From the NCBI GenBank assembly GCA_036796335.1, contig DAIRDE010000008.1:1777-65776 (forward strand): a stretch of 64,000 bases of DNA, given 5' to 3'. The translations under genes and the position numbers were made by a program. This document shows, piece by piece, positions 20,801 through 28,645 of this stretch (its first letter is position 1; each line of letters opens with the position of its first letter). The notes beneath the pieces were generated by a model, which was not told where the DNA came from, searched no databases, and saw nothing but the letters and a program-made list of their open reading frames with translations. This DNA comes from Nonlabens sp. Lineage in GTDB: Bacteria > Bacteroidota > Bacteroidia > Flavobacteriales > Flavobacteriaceae.

Positions 20801-22058
20801 ATCCCTCGTTAACGGTGGTTCCACCAAAACCAGCTTGCGCGGTTGCAATATCGCGTATCTGGTTGTTTAGAATGGTTTGGGTACCTGTATTAATCCCTAG
20901 CGGGTTAAAATCGTTATTTGCGTTATCAGGGAATGCGCCAGGTTGTGCATTTATAAATCCAGGTGGTACAGCATCTAGACCTATATTTGTCGGGTCGGCT
21001 TCTCCTATATCCTGTATCGCCACAAGATTACGCACATCTTGGGTACGATTTCCACGGTTTGTTATCCAGACCTCGGCCCTGGTGATTTGTATGTTTGTAT
21101 TGATAAAAGGATAGTTTTCTAATGCCCTGTCATAATTATCTCTAAAATAATGTGCGAGGAAGTAGTGCCTGTTTTCGTCATAATCTAGAGAGAAGAAGTC
21201 AAAATCGTTTATACTCGCCCCACCCGCTGCCTGCACCGTACGCGACTCAGACTGCTGCTCGCTAAAAACTGATGTGATACGGGTTTTACCAAATTGCAAA
21301 TCGGCCTTTATACCAAAGAGTGATTGCGCGCCCCGTATTAATTGTGAATTAAGTGGCATGGCGATGTTACCTACTTCTATACTTTGCAGGATGTCGTCCT
21401 CACTAGGTTTAAAATCTAATTTTAACTGGTTTTGAAAATTAAACGTGCTTTGCGTGTCATAATTTACATTAACATTTACCCGTGTCCCCACTTTACCTAG
21501 TAAACTTAGGTTGATGCGTTGATTAAAGTCAAAGGTTAGGTTTTGTCTATTACGCGGTGAAAAAATAGGATTATCACTTCTATTAAAAAGCACACCTAAA
21601 TCCACTTCGACCGACCCTTGCGGCACGATAGAAATTTCAGTACCCCCAAAAATGGACTCAAACAGGGCAGAATTTACATAGAAATTAGGGAGTAGGTTTT
21701 TTTGCTTGTCTTTATCGGCCTCGGTTTTTCCTTTTACTGCCCGATACTTTTCCTTAAAATAATCACGCATCTCTTCTTTTAACACGCGATCTAGATACTC
21801 CTGTCGTGTGAGTACAAATGGATAATCCACATTATATCCCGCAAATGTGCTAGAAAACACATAACGATCCATCACCGCGTCATAAATGTAGAGTGTTTTG
21901 ATGCTAGGCGGGTTGGGTAATACCAGTTTGCCAGTACGCCCACCCGTTTTAGTAGTGTCCTGTGGTGTTGTGGTGTCTTGCGCTTTCGCGAAAGCGAAAA
22001 CCATAAAACATAATAACACGGTTACATACTTGCGTAAACCTTTATAACTTACTATCAA
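14835..22058 (-). CDS. sprA: T9SS translocon / cell surface protein SprA
   Basis: 2407-aa secreted beta-rich giant protein whose size and composition fit SprA (Sov). The stop of ruvA lies 3 nt upstream. Confidence 0.9.
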   Translation of the reverse strand: MIVSYKGLRKYVTVLLCFMVFAFAKAQDTTTPQDTTKTGGRTGKLVLPNPPSIKTLYIYDAVMDRYVFSSTFAGYNVDYPFVLTRQEYLDRVLKEEMRDYFKEKYRAVKGKTEADKDKQKNLLPNFYVNSALFESIFGGTEISIVPQGSVEVDLGVLFNRSDNPIFSPRNRQNLTFDFNQRINLSLLGKVGTRVNVNVNYDTQSTFNFQNQLKLDFKPSEDDILQSIEVGNIAMPLNSQLIRGAQSLFGIKADLQFGKTRITSVFSEQQSESRTVQAAGGASINDFDFFSLDYDENRHYFLAHYFRDNYDRALENYPFINTNIQITRAEVWITNRGNRTQDVRNLVAIQDIGEADPTNIGLDAVPPGFINAQPGAFPDNANNDFNPLGINTGTQTILNNQIRDIATAQAGFGGTTVNEGFDYVTLESARKLTPQEYTLNTQLGYISLRQRLNNDEVLAVAFQYTVNGRVFQVGEFANDGVVATSVIENPNPAQPPVNNQSLVVKLLKSNLTNVSEPIWDLMMKNIYNLGGFQLSQEDFKLNIFYQFPPELNYITASAGTLTNPPVPLPPGVDQTTLIRVFNLDRLNRQGDPQTAGDGFFDFIPGLTIDTENGRVIFTSVEPFGSYLFNKLVNPPTSGSENYDNPATYNANQAQYVYRDMYRTTKAQALESADKNKYLIRGQYKATGQEGIPIGAFNVPRGSVTVNAGGRVLQEGIDYTVDYQAGRVIILDQALLNSNTPIQVSTENNSAFNQQVKRFTGINVEHQFSKDFILGGTFLNLNERPVTPKATYGFEPINNTIIGTNFLYNTQVPFLTRLANKLPNIDTDVESNLSVRGEFAYLLPGSPAGDNFQGRAAAFVDDFEGSQTSIDILNPFAWFLSSVPKAFENGGSDSNRLAYNYLRARLAWYSIDPIFYGNQRPAGLSDDDISDYRTRRVFIDEIFPNVDIQQGQQQIIPTLDLAYYPTERGPYNYNPLAAASNTLPNPRENWGGITRSFSSTDFEQTNVEYIQFWLMDPFLYEPTNNGGTISINLGSISEDILKDNRKQFENGLPRDGGTLLTIPTDYGKVPSNQSLIYAFDTEGQERVNQDIGLDGLSDAEEAALFPQFDPQDPAGDNYEYFLAANGDILNRYKRYNNTQGNSPTEVTQNNRGSTTLPDVEDINRDNTMNTIDSYYAYDIPIFPGMDVASSQYIFDTKNVQTTLPNGNTINTRWVQFRVPINDPNREVVGGIADLRAIRFMRLALTNFAEDTYLRFGSLELVRGDYRRYTASLQDTDPDPNDDGTTFEVEGVNIENNESRSPIPYRLPPGIEREELRTQNQNIRQNEQSLALRTCGLEPDDARAVFKNIRIDMRQYEQLEMFVHAESLLNQVPLLDDQMEVFLRIGLDFTENFYEIRLPLKPTAFGTTVREEIWPQSNDIRIDLALLQQIKSLVLGNPALNVNELNFFNEVDLNPAAAGRPNLHRFGIKGNPNFGDVRTLMIGVRNASTNDICGEVWVNELRLSGLKNQGGYAAVMNLDANIADFATVSASGRRSTIGFGAIEQGPNERSREDVTQYDVTTSVSLGQLLPKKWGVNLPFTYSIGETTVTPQFDPQFEDIELDTRLANATSDAEREAIRQQSEDYTRRQSVNLIGVRKDRTGDAKPMPYNIENFTFSGSYNQTDQRNFEVAEFIDQSVNVAATYNYAFPKSTLEPFKNIGFLGKSKYFDFAKDFNINLLPNNFTATSTVIRQFNRQQFRDLQLDTNPVDLNGDGIPDAQNISIDPLTNRNFTFNNRYAINWDITKSLQVNFSANNDRVIRSFINDDDSIDESYGIWTNFIDEGVPNAHTQQLQTTYQLPFDKFPFLAFAKANYTYSADFNWQRSSQQFSQLEGIPDLGNTVQNANTHRLNGSLDLDKLYSYIGLKKKKFGVPAAGTRTRAASTPRRGAPAAPPAAGDKKGEEAKIPKKNFANQAYNTLVGIVTAVKRVQINYQETNGTTLPGYTPDVGFIGTLTPTLGFTFGSQAEIRDLAARRGWLTLFQEFNQQYTEVETRLLDVNFNVDVLKDLKIDVIANRNYQENFSENFRVDPIDLTYQQLTPNTSGNFNISTLTIATAFKPSTIDNSPVFDTFRENRLAVAERLAREFYGSDTYSRDADGFPQGFSRNSQNVLLPAFLAAYEGRDIADQKSGAFKDIPLPNWTIKYTGLMNLQWFKKRFNRFSLNHGYRSSYTINQFQTNLDFVSGTPGLEYDRQNTVALNQNGDFKASNLFFNINLAEQFSPLIKLDFEMKNSLSVAAEIRRDRVVSLSFDNNLLTEINGNELILGLGYRIKDLRFKTNVGGRSTIIKSDLNLRLDGSVRDNVTIIRYLDLDNSQATAGQTIYGLKFTGEYALSAAFTALFYYDHTFSQFAISTAFPQTTIRSGFTLRYTFGN
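16518..16533. repeat. palindrome copy 4 (perfect, in the sprA CDS, read as AFAKA)
   Basis: Read directly from the sequence. The peptide context is FPFLAFAKANYT. Confidence 0.97.
21981..21996. repeat. palindrome copy 5 (perfect, encodes the end of the sprA signal peptide, AFAKAQ)
   Basis: Read directly from the sequence. The peptide context is CFMVFAFAKAQDTT. Confidence 0.97.
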
Positions 22059-22061
22059 ATT

Positions 22062-22643
22062 TTATAGCTGTTTTAATGCTTCCTTAATTAAACGTTCTAC
22101 AGTAGCATCAGGCTCTGCAGAAAGAATTTTGTCAACCACCTTTTGAGATTGCTTGCGCAAATATCCCAGCGTTTCTAATGCAGATAACGCTTCTTCCTTA
22201 CCAGTATTGCTTGTGAATGTAGAAATTTCTGTTTCACCAAGTACGGTAAGAATTTTATCCTTTAAGTCTATAAGTACCCGTTGTGCAGTTTTTAATCCTA
22301 TGCCCTTAACACCTTGTATGGTGCGCAAGTCACCCGTGGCAATGGCCTGCGCCAGGACCTGCGGCTCGAGGCTACTCAACATTACCCGCGCGGTGTTGCT
22401 ACCTATTCCCGATACCGATATAAGCATTTTAAACAATTCACGCTCAGACTTTTCTATAAATCCATAAAGCTTGTGCGCATCCTCGCGCACAATCATGTGG
22501 GTAAAGATTTTTACATAATCGCTGTCTGGTAACAGGGCGTATGTGTGTAGCGATATTTCTACAAAATATCCCACACCATTGCAGTCTATGATGATATCTG
22601 TATGATTTTTTTCTACTAGCTTCCCTTGAAGTTGCGCGATCAT
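22062..22643 (-). CDS. ruvA: Holliday junction branch migration protein RuvA
   Basis: MIAQLQGKL..GVGY N-terminus plus the HhH motifs ISVSGIGSNTA and VKGIGLKTAQR. Confidence 0.95.
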   Translation of the reverse strand: MIAQLQGKLVEKNHTDIIIDCNGVGYFVEISLHTYALLPDSDYVKIFTHMIVREDAHKLYGFIEKSERELFKMLISVSGIGSNTARVMLSSLEPQVLAQAIATGDLRTIQGVKGIGLKTAQRVLIDLKDKILTVLGETEISTFTSNTGKEEALSALETLGYLRKQSQKVVDKILSAEPDATVERLIKEALKQL

Positions 22644-22665
22644 CTATAACGGGTTAGAATGAGGT

Positions 22666-22673
22666 CAAATATA
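22666..22673 (-). promoter_or_regulatory. candidate -7 box TATATTTG for ruvA-sprA-gcvH-vanZ
   Basis: The reverse complement of CAAATATA matches TAnnTTTG, 23 nt upstream of the ruvA ATG. Confidence 0.35.
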
Positions 22674-22824
22674 CTAACATCCATAAACTATTACTGTTTA
22701 TTGACTCTTCTTTATTAATGATCTGCTAATTTTTAACAAAGGCTTTGTTAAAGAGAAATACGTGTGATTCCTAGTTTTAAATGACAAACAAATTTTTTAA
22801 GGCTTGTCGCAAACATGAATATTA

Positions 22825-25131
22825 TTATCGTTGCAACTGCCTTTGTATGCGTTCTTTTTCTCGCTTTTCTTTTTGTTGTGAATCTATAACTGCCACTGCT
22901 GCCATGTTTACAATCTCGTCTACACTGGCGTTTAACTGTAATATATGCACGGGTTTTTGCATCCCCATCATTATAGGGCCTATGGAATCTATACCATTAA
23001 GTTCTTTGAGCAGTTTATAGGTGGAATTTGCACTTTCCAGATTTGGGAAAATTAGGGTGTTCACTTTTTTTCCTGCTAGTTTTGAAAAGGGGAATTTTTC
23101 TGCCAGCATCTCTGCATTTAATGCAAAGTCTGTTTGTACCTCGCCGTCTACAATCATGTCTGGATAATACCGGTGTAAATATTTTACAGCATCGGTCACT
23201 TTAGTAGCATGCGGGTGAGACGATGACCCAAAGTTAGCATAGGAAATCATGGCAGTGACTGGCGTAATCCCAAACATGCGTGCGGTACGATCGGTCATTT
23301 GTGCAATCTTTGCCAGTTCTGTGCTATCTGGATTAATATTTATCGAGGTGTCTGATATAAATAGTGGGCCACGATCGGTCACCATCAGGTTTGTGGTCGC
23401 TACTTTAACGACTCCTGGCGCTCTACCTATTATCTCCATCATGGGTTTTACTGATTTGGGATAAGACTGCGCAACGCCTGTTATAAGGGCATCTGCATCG
23501 CCCAGTTTTACCATCATCGCTGCAAAATAGTTGCGCAATCTCAGGGTTTTTTCTGCATCAAATTCAGTAACGCCCTTGCGTTGTCTTAGTTTCCAAAATT
23601 CGTGTGCATAGCGATCGCGACGCACTTTTTCATCATCTTCTTTAGGATCTATGACTAGGCACGGCTGGTCAAAATCTAGCTCTTCCATCATGCGCTGTAT
23701 GGTATCCTTGCGACCTAGCAAAATGGGAATACCTATACCTTCTTCTTGCACGATTTGTGCAGCTTTAAGCACACTTATATTATCTGCCTCGGCAAAGACG
23801 ATACGTTTTGGGCTCATACGCGCCCTGTTTATAAGCAGGCGCACTATTTTATTATCGTTACCCATGCGGCCTAGCAGTTGATCCTCATACTTTTGCCAGT
23901 CTTCTATAGGCGCTTGTGCTACCCCGCTTTCCATGGCTGCGCGAGCTACTGCCGGGGGTATGGTCGAGATGAGTCGTGGGTCAAATGGCTTGGGAATGAT
24001 GTAATCCCTACCAAAAGCAAGTTTTGTCTCGCCATAAGCAATATTTACCTGTTCAGGAACGGGTTCTTTGGCGAGTTGGGCGATGGCTTTAGTAGCTGCC
24101 ATTTTCATTTCCTCATTAATCTTAGTAGCACGCACATCCAGTGCTCCTCTAAAAATAAATGGGAACCCCAGTACATTGTTTACTTGATTAGGGTGGTCAC
24201 TGCGACCTGTGGCCATGATCAGGTCTGGTCGGGTGGCAATGGCGATATCATAATCTATCTCGGGCGTGGGGTTTGCCATCGCAAAAACGATGGGATTTTC
24301 ATTCATGTCCAGTAACATCGCTGGACTAACAATATTTCCTGCACTCAGTCCTAAGAAAACATCGGCACCTTTAAAGGCTTCTTTTAAACCTATGGGCGCC
24401 ATGTCTCTAGCAAAACGCATTTGCTCCACCCCTAAATCGGTGCGCGAGGTAGTGATAAGACCGTCCACGTCAAACATCATGATGTTTTCGGGTTTTGCGC
24501 CTAGTTTTACATACAGGTGTGTACACGATATGGCAGCACTACCTGCGCCCGAGACTACTATTTTAACCTCGTCTATATTTTTTTCTGCAAGTTCTAAGGC
24601 ATTTAATAATGCGGCACTAGAGATAATCGCTGTACCGTGCTGGTCGTCATGCATCACAGGGATGTCCAGCTCTTCTTTAAGCCTACGTTCTATTTCAAAA
24701 GCCTCAGGTGCTTTAATGTCTTCCAGGTTTATCCCACCAAAAGTGGGAGCGATATTTTTTACCGTTTGTATAAACTCGTCTATGTTTTTTGTGTCTACTT
24801 CTATATCAAAGCAGTCTAAATCTGCAAAAATTTTAAAGAGCAGCGCCTTACCTTCCATGACCGGTTTAGAAGCCTCGGGACCTATATCACCCAGACCTAA
24901 AACGGCGGTACCGTTACTGATAACCGCTACCAGGTTGCCTTTGGTGGTATATTTATAGACGTTTTCTTTATCTTTTGCTATTTCCAGGCAGGGCTCGGCA
25001 ACACCGGGACTGTAAGCAAGGGCTAGGTCACGCTGGCTGCTGTATTTTTTAGTCGGAACGATTTTAATTTTACCCGGTGTAGGCTTTGCATGATACACCA
25101 GTGCTTCCCTGCGTCGGCTTTCTTTACTCAT
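22825..25131 (-). CDS. maeB: NADP-dependent malic enzyme (malic + PTA-like domains)
   Basis: 768 aa with LALAYSPGVA, the NAD(P) fold VVSGAGSAAIS and a C-terminal phosphotransacetylase-like domain. Confidence 0.95.
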   Translation of the reverse strand: MSKESRRREALVYHAKPTPGKIKIVPTKKYSSQRDLALAYSPGVAEPCLEIAKDKENVYKYTTKGNLVAVISNGTAVLGLGDIGPEASKPVMEGKALLFKIFADLDCFDIEVDTKNIDEFIQTVKNIAPTFGGINLEDIKAPEAFEIERRLKEELDIPVMHDDQHGTAIISSAALLNALELAEKNIDEVKIVVSGAGSAAISCTHLYVKLGAKPENIMMFDVDGLITTSRTDLGVEQMRFARDMAPIGLKEAFKGADVFLGLSAGNIVSPAMLLDMNENPIVFAMANPTPEIDYDIAIATRPDLIMATGRSDHPNQVNNVLGFPFIFRGALDVRATKINEEMKMAATKAIAQLAKEPVPEQVNIAYGETKLAFGRDYIIPKPFDPRLISTIPPAVARAAMESGVAQAPIEDWQKYEDQLLGRMGNDNKIVRLLINRARMSPKRIVFAEADNISVLKAAQIVQEEGIGIPILLGRKDTIQRMMEELDFDQPCLVIDPKEDDEKVRRDRYAHEFWKLRQRKGVTEFDAEKTLRLRNYFAAMMVKLGDADALITGVAQSYPKSVKPMMEIIGRAPGVVKVATTNLMVTDRGPLFISDTSININPDSTELAKIAQMTDRTARMFGITPVTAMISYANFGSSSHPHATKVTDAVKYLHRYYPDMIVDGEVQTDFALNAEMLAEKFPFSKLAGKKVNTLIFPNLESANSTYKLLKELNGIDSIGPIMMGMQKPVHILQLNASVDEIVNMAAVAVIDSQQKEKREKERIQRQLQR

Positions 25132-25158
25132 AAATAGCGTTATTTACTCTGTTGCAGA

Positions 25159-25166
25159 CAAAAATA
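25159..25166 (-). promoter_or_regulatory. candidate -7 box TATTTTTG for maeB
   Basis: The reverse complement of CAAAAATA matches TAnnTTTG, 28 nt upstream of the maeB ATG. Confidence 0.35.
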
Positions 25167-25216
25167 GGCTATAATATGGAAAGGATTTTTAAGTGTGGTT
25201 AAAATGTGGGGTGTTT

Positions 25217-25232
25217 CGCTTTCGCGAAAGCG
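25217..25232. repeat. palindrome copy 6 (perfect, intergenic, upstream of maeB)
   Basis: Read directly from the sequence. It is a 20-bp palindrome and shares 25 identical nt with copy 8. Confidence 0.97.
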
Positions 25233-25292
25233 AACTACCTATAATCATCATGCATTTAACGGTCAGTTTGCAGGAACAGGCTTTACGGTCAC

Positions 25293-25330
25293 AAAAAAAA
25301 ACACCGCTTAGCATATACAAACGGTGTTTT
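25293..25330 (-). terminator. possible terminator downstream of the T9SS-CTD remnant
   Basis: ACACCG/CGGTGT stem with a large 15-nt loop, followed on the minus strand by a T8 run. Confidence 0.4.
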
Positions 25331-25349
25331 AGATAAGGTTCAAAGAATT

Positions 25350-25697
25350 TTAATTAATGGGTATTTGATGCACCTCTAACTGGTTGCTGTCGTGCATGAC
25401 ATGCATAATGTACGTGCCTGGTGATAGCATGGAAACGTCTATAGAACTTCCTAACTGATGCGAGGGCTTATTTAAAACCATAGTTCCTGTAAAGTTATAG
25501 AGTTTAACAGATACATACGTTGGGCAATTTGTACTGCCACCTAAATCAAAGATACCATCACTACAACCCAGGGTGTAAAAAGTCCATGTGGGATTTTGCA
25601 CCTTATCGATGGCAATAACCGTATTTGCGGGAACTGGTGATATAATAAAGTTAGAGGAGACAATGTTGCCAGCTGCTGGTGCACCGCAGTTTTGCAA
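25350..25697 (-). pseudogene. orphan C-terminal remnant of a T9SS-secreted protein
   Basis: The last ~55 aa, VKLYNFTGTMVLNKPSHQLGSSIDVSMLSPGTYIMHVMHDSNQLEVHQIPIN, look like a type A T9SS sorting domain. There is no signal peptide or cargo domain, and the upstream frame is broken. Confidence 0.5.
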
Positions 25698-25788
25698 ACA
25701 ACCCGATACAGGTATGCTAAAATGTTTTGTGAAATGCTCTATTACTTAAAAATAATGCTCAAGAGCAAATTGCTGGGCAGCATAAACT

Positions 25789-26073
25789 TCAATGTACTGC
25801 TACTCGATTGGTTGGTAGATGTTGCCACTGCCATGGTGCGTTTGGTTTTATGATGTTGCCGAAAACATTTAGATCCAAGTAATTGGTATCTCTTAACACA
25901 CCATCATAAGCAGTTATATCAGTAAATTCCATGGCATAATCCAGAAGATGTCCTGACTGCACTTTTGATTTGTCTACATGTTGAAAGATGTTATTGATTT
26001 CTGTTTTCCAGTCGGTGTCAACTTCTAATGGAGCAAAGATTAAACGGTGCGTGTAACTTTCAATAGCGACCAA
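25789..26073 (-). other. unassignable 94-aa ORF, probable gene fragment
   Basis: No signal peptide, no recognisable motif, and no good start context. It lies in the same AT-rich decay islet. Confidence 0.2.
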
Positions 26074-26194
26074 AGAAGCAACGCCCCTTATTTTTCAATC
26101 GTAACGTTAGAAACTAAATCGCTGTCGAAGTTTCGGGATTGGTTTCAACTCCCAAACCTCGCTTAAAAAAGATACATAAAGTTGTGCAACGATA

Positions 26195-26507
26195 TTAATT
26201 GTGAGTCAGAATCTTTAATAATTTTTTTGGATTTTGCCGATTATCCCAAAATGCTGTAATTAAAATTTCTTGCTCAGATACCGTATAAAGAATGCTATAA
26301 TTTCCAAGCGATGCAACACGAGTATGATTAAAGTCAGCTTTTTTTATAGATGAATGGTGTTTCAGCTATCTGTTAAGTTCGTTGCGCCACAATTTTTATT
26401 AATTTCTTTGAGTAAGTTGTGGATTTATTTCGCTTGACCCAATATTCCAATATTCCTACATACTGTATATCCGCTGTACGTGTCCATCTTACATTCCGTT
26501 TAGCCAT
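26195..26507 (-). pseudogene. RelE/ParE-family toxin, inactivated (nonsense plus frameshift)
   Basis: Hand translation gives MAKRNVRWTRTADIQYVGILEYWVKRNKSTTYSKKLIKIVAQRT, a TAA at 26373..26375, then QIAETPFIYKK. A +1 shift in an A7 run (26339..26345) leads to ADFNHTRVASLGNYSILYTVSEQEILITAFWDNRQNPKKLLKIL. The start overlaps the antitoxin end. Confidence 0.7.
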
Positions 26508-26731
26508 TCAAGATTTCGTTTGTCCATTGCTTCTTGTGAAATTAATCTACCATTTTTGATGTCCGCTTCACTCATCTCTAACATTATTTTCTGTTCCTTA
26601 GTCAAATTAACTAATTCAGAATCGGAAGAACTTGAAGTAATCAATTTGTCAAGTGCCAGTAAAAAATCTTTGTTATTAATGGATAAAATTTTATCAATTA
26701 AACCGTTTCGTATATGATCAACAGTTGCCAT
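26489..26731 (-). CDS. small antitoxin-like protein (addiction-module component), intact
   Basis: 80-aa helical acidic ORF immediately upstream of, and overlapping, the toxin remnant. This is classic antitoxin-toxin gene order. Confidence 0.55.
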   Translation of the reverse strand: MATVDHIRNGLIDKILSINNKDFLLALDKLITSSSSDSELVNLTKEQKIMLEMSEADIKNGRLISQEAMDKRNLEWLNGM

Positions 26732-26791
26732 TTATGATTTATTTTATCGTAAATATCTAAAAAAACAGTCACTTTTCCTAATGTAGCGCAA

Positions 26792-26998
26792 CTAGGAAGT
26801 TATGCCCAAGCGTAAAAAGACAGTGCAACTCTTAAAGAGACAAGTAAAAAACGGTTCGCCATTCACCAAACACCCAAAAGTCCCAACACCCGTTTGTGTT
26901 GCAGGTGGCAGGCAGTCAACACCTACACAACGTGGCTCGTCATTTTTATCACAGCCATATAGCGTAATGGCTAGGAAAAGAATGTATGTATTTTTCAT
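26792..26998 (-). other. short lipoprotein ORF, possibly truncated
   Basis: The lipobox LAITLYGC is followed by only ~50 aa, and the Cys-rich mature part ends abruptly. Confidence 0.3.
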
Positions 26999-27256
26999 GA
27001 TAATAATTTTTATGATGATACATCAATTATTGCAACGTACGGGATAAGAAGTGGTTAGGACATCTCAACCGTTTTGAATTGGGTTGCACGTATGAGAGCA
27101 ATTACAACAATGCACACTTAAAGCATTTTTTTATTCCCACTGTGCAAACCGCACCTTTGTCTGGATTGCTTTGGCGGCGCAGGACAAGGTTACCCATCAC
27201 AAAACAATAGTAACAGTTACCATCTTTATTATGAATAGATTATCTGGTTGTTTATT

Positions 27257-27272
27257 CGCTTTCGCAAAAGCG
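27257..27272. repeat. palindrome copy 7 (15/16, CGCTTTCGCAAAAGCG, intergenic, just downstream of the P450 stop)
   Basis: Read directly from the sequence. There is a single central mismatch. Confidence 0.9.
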
Positions 27273-27298
27273 AACAAAACAAAACCCTCCTATTTATG

Positions 27299-28645
27299 CT
27301 AGGCCAGATTCTTAAAAATAAGGTGCGCGTTTCTGGGTTTTAAAGTGATTAACGGGTGGTAATCTATAAAATCGTGCACAGTTTGCAACTCAAAACATTC
27401 TAGAATGCGCCGCAATACCAGCATCAATTCCATCATCGCAAAGTTGTTGCCCACGCACATGCGCGGCCCTGCACCAAATGGAAAATAAAAGTCGCGGTAA
27501 GCCTTTGCCCGCTCAGGTTCAAATCGGGCGGGATCAAATGTTTCTGGATGTTCCCACAGGTCTGCGCGGCGGTGCATCTCGTAAAATGAAATAAGCCAAA
27601 TGCTTTCCTTTTCTATGGCAATATCCTCGCAAACGTCTTCTTCTATCGCAACACGATCGGTAACATAAGCCGGTGGATACAACCGCAGGGTCTCTTCCAC
27701 AACTTGTTTGAGATAGGGCATGCTCATAAGTTGGGTCATAAGATCGCCTGCTACGGGATTTTTTAAATCTCTCCGGGCCGCGTCTATCGTTTCTGGATGA
27801 TGCGCAAGTAATTGCACAGCAAAGCTCAGCGCATTTGCAGTGGTCTCGTGACCTGCTATAAAGAGCACTAAAATCTCGTCCACGAGCTGGTCGTCTTCCA
27901 TAAACGTGCCGTCGTCATAGGTGCTATATAGCAGCATATCTAGTAAATCCCCCAGATGTTTACCACTGTACCTGCGGTTTATAATAATCGTGCGCAAGAT
28001 ATCACGTGCCTCGTTTACCTCGTTAAGCGCATGCGGAATACTGTTTGCTCCTGAAAGCCATTCCCTATCAAAATACCATTTCATCCACGGGATGCGCAAT
28101 TCTTTTATCAGCATTTTTTGTGCGGCCTCAGTCACTTCTTGCAGGCGAGAAATCTTTTTATCTAAATAATCTATGTCGCCTAAATCGAATAAACTGCGGG
28201 CTACTATTTTAAAGGCAAGGTTATTAAAAATAGCATATACATCGGTAACCTCGTTTAGCTTTATGTGATGCAGCTCTTCCTGAATCACCTGGTCCATGGT
28301 GTCCATAATACCCGCAATGGACTTTTTGTAAAAAGCAGGTTGTATAAGTTTACGATTAGCGCGCCACTTTTCGCCGTTTTCGGTGAGCAACCCATGGCCT
28401 ATGTACTTCCCTAAATCGTCTGTTTGTAAAGAGGATTTATTAAAGTTTTTTTGGTTTTTTTGAAGGATGTGTTGGGTGAGTTGCTCGTCGCAGGTAAAGT
28501 GAATCATAAGCCCAGGCTTGGGACTTAATTTAAAGGTATTGCCGTATTTCTTAAAATTCTCACGGTGAAATGGCAGCGGATTTTTGTAAATCTGCCGGGA
28601 TTTAGACAAAAAGGTAATGGCACTTATTTGTTGAATTTCTCTCAT
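27299..28645 (-). CDS. cytochrome P450
   Basis: Heme-thiolate loop [14 protein letters not shown], ExxR (EETLRL), and I-helix AGHETT. Confidence 0.9.
   Translation of the reverse strand: MREIQQISAITFLSKSRQIYKNPLPFHRENFKKYGNTFKLSPKPGLMIHFTCDEQLTQHILQKNQKNFNKSSLQTDDLGKYIGHGLLTENGEKWRANRKLIQPAFYKKSIAGIMDTMDQVIQEELHHIKLNEVTDVYAIFNNLAFKIVARSLFDLGDIDYLDKKISRLQEVTEAAQKMLIKELRIPWMKWYFDREWLSGANSIPHALNEVNEARDILRTIIINRRYSGKHLGDLLDMLLYSTYDDGTFMEDDQLVDEILVLFIAGHETTANALSFAVQLLAHHPETIDAARRDLKNPVAGDLMTQLMSMPYLKQVVEETLRLYPPAYVTDRVAIEEDVCEDIAIEKESIWLISFYEMHRRADLWEHPETFDPARFEPERAKAYRDFYFPFGAGPRMCVGNNFAMMELMLVLRRILECFELQTVHDFIDYHPLITLKPRNAHLIFKNLA

Noticed and set aside
24266-24958. A 230-aa plus-strand ORF inside maeB, and similar antisense or alternate-frame ORFs: 134..316, 6274..6657, 15043..15429, 23878..24315, 39345..39692, 42890..43300, 43752..44084, 46177..46593, 46721..47182 and 53871..54263.
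   Set aside because: All lie entirely within CDSs with strong family motifs in another frame or on the other strand. They have low-complexity Ser/Leu/Cys-rich translations and no independent signals.
27257-27272. The palindrome copies acting as rho-independent terminators.
   Set aside because: None of the copies is followed by a T-tract on either strand. Most lie inside ORFs, where termination would be deleterious.
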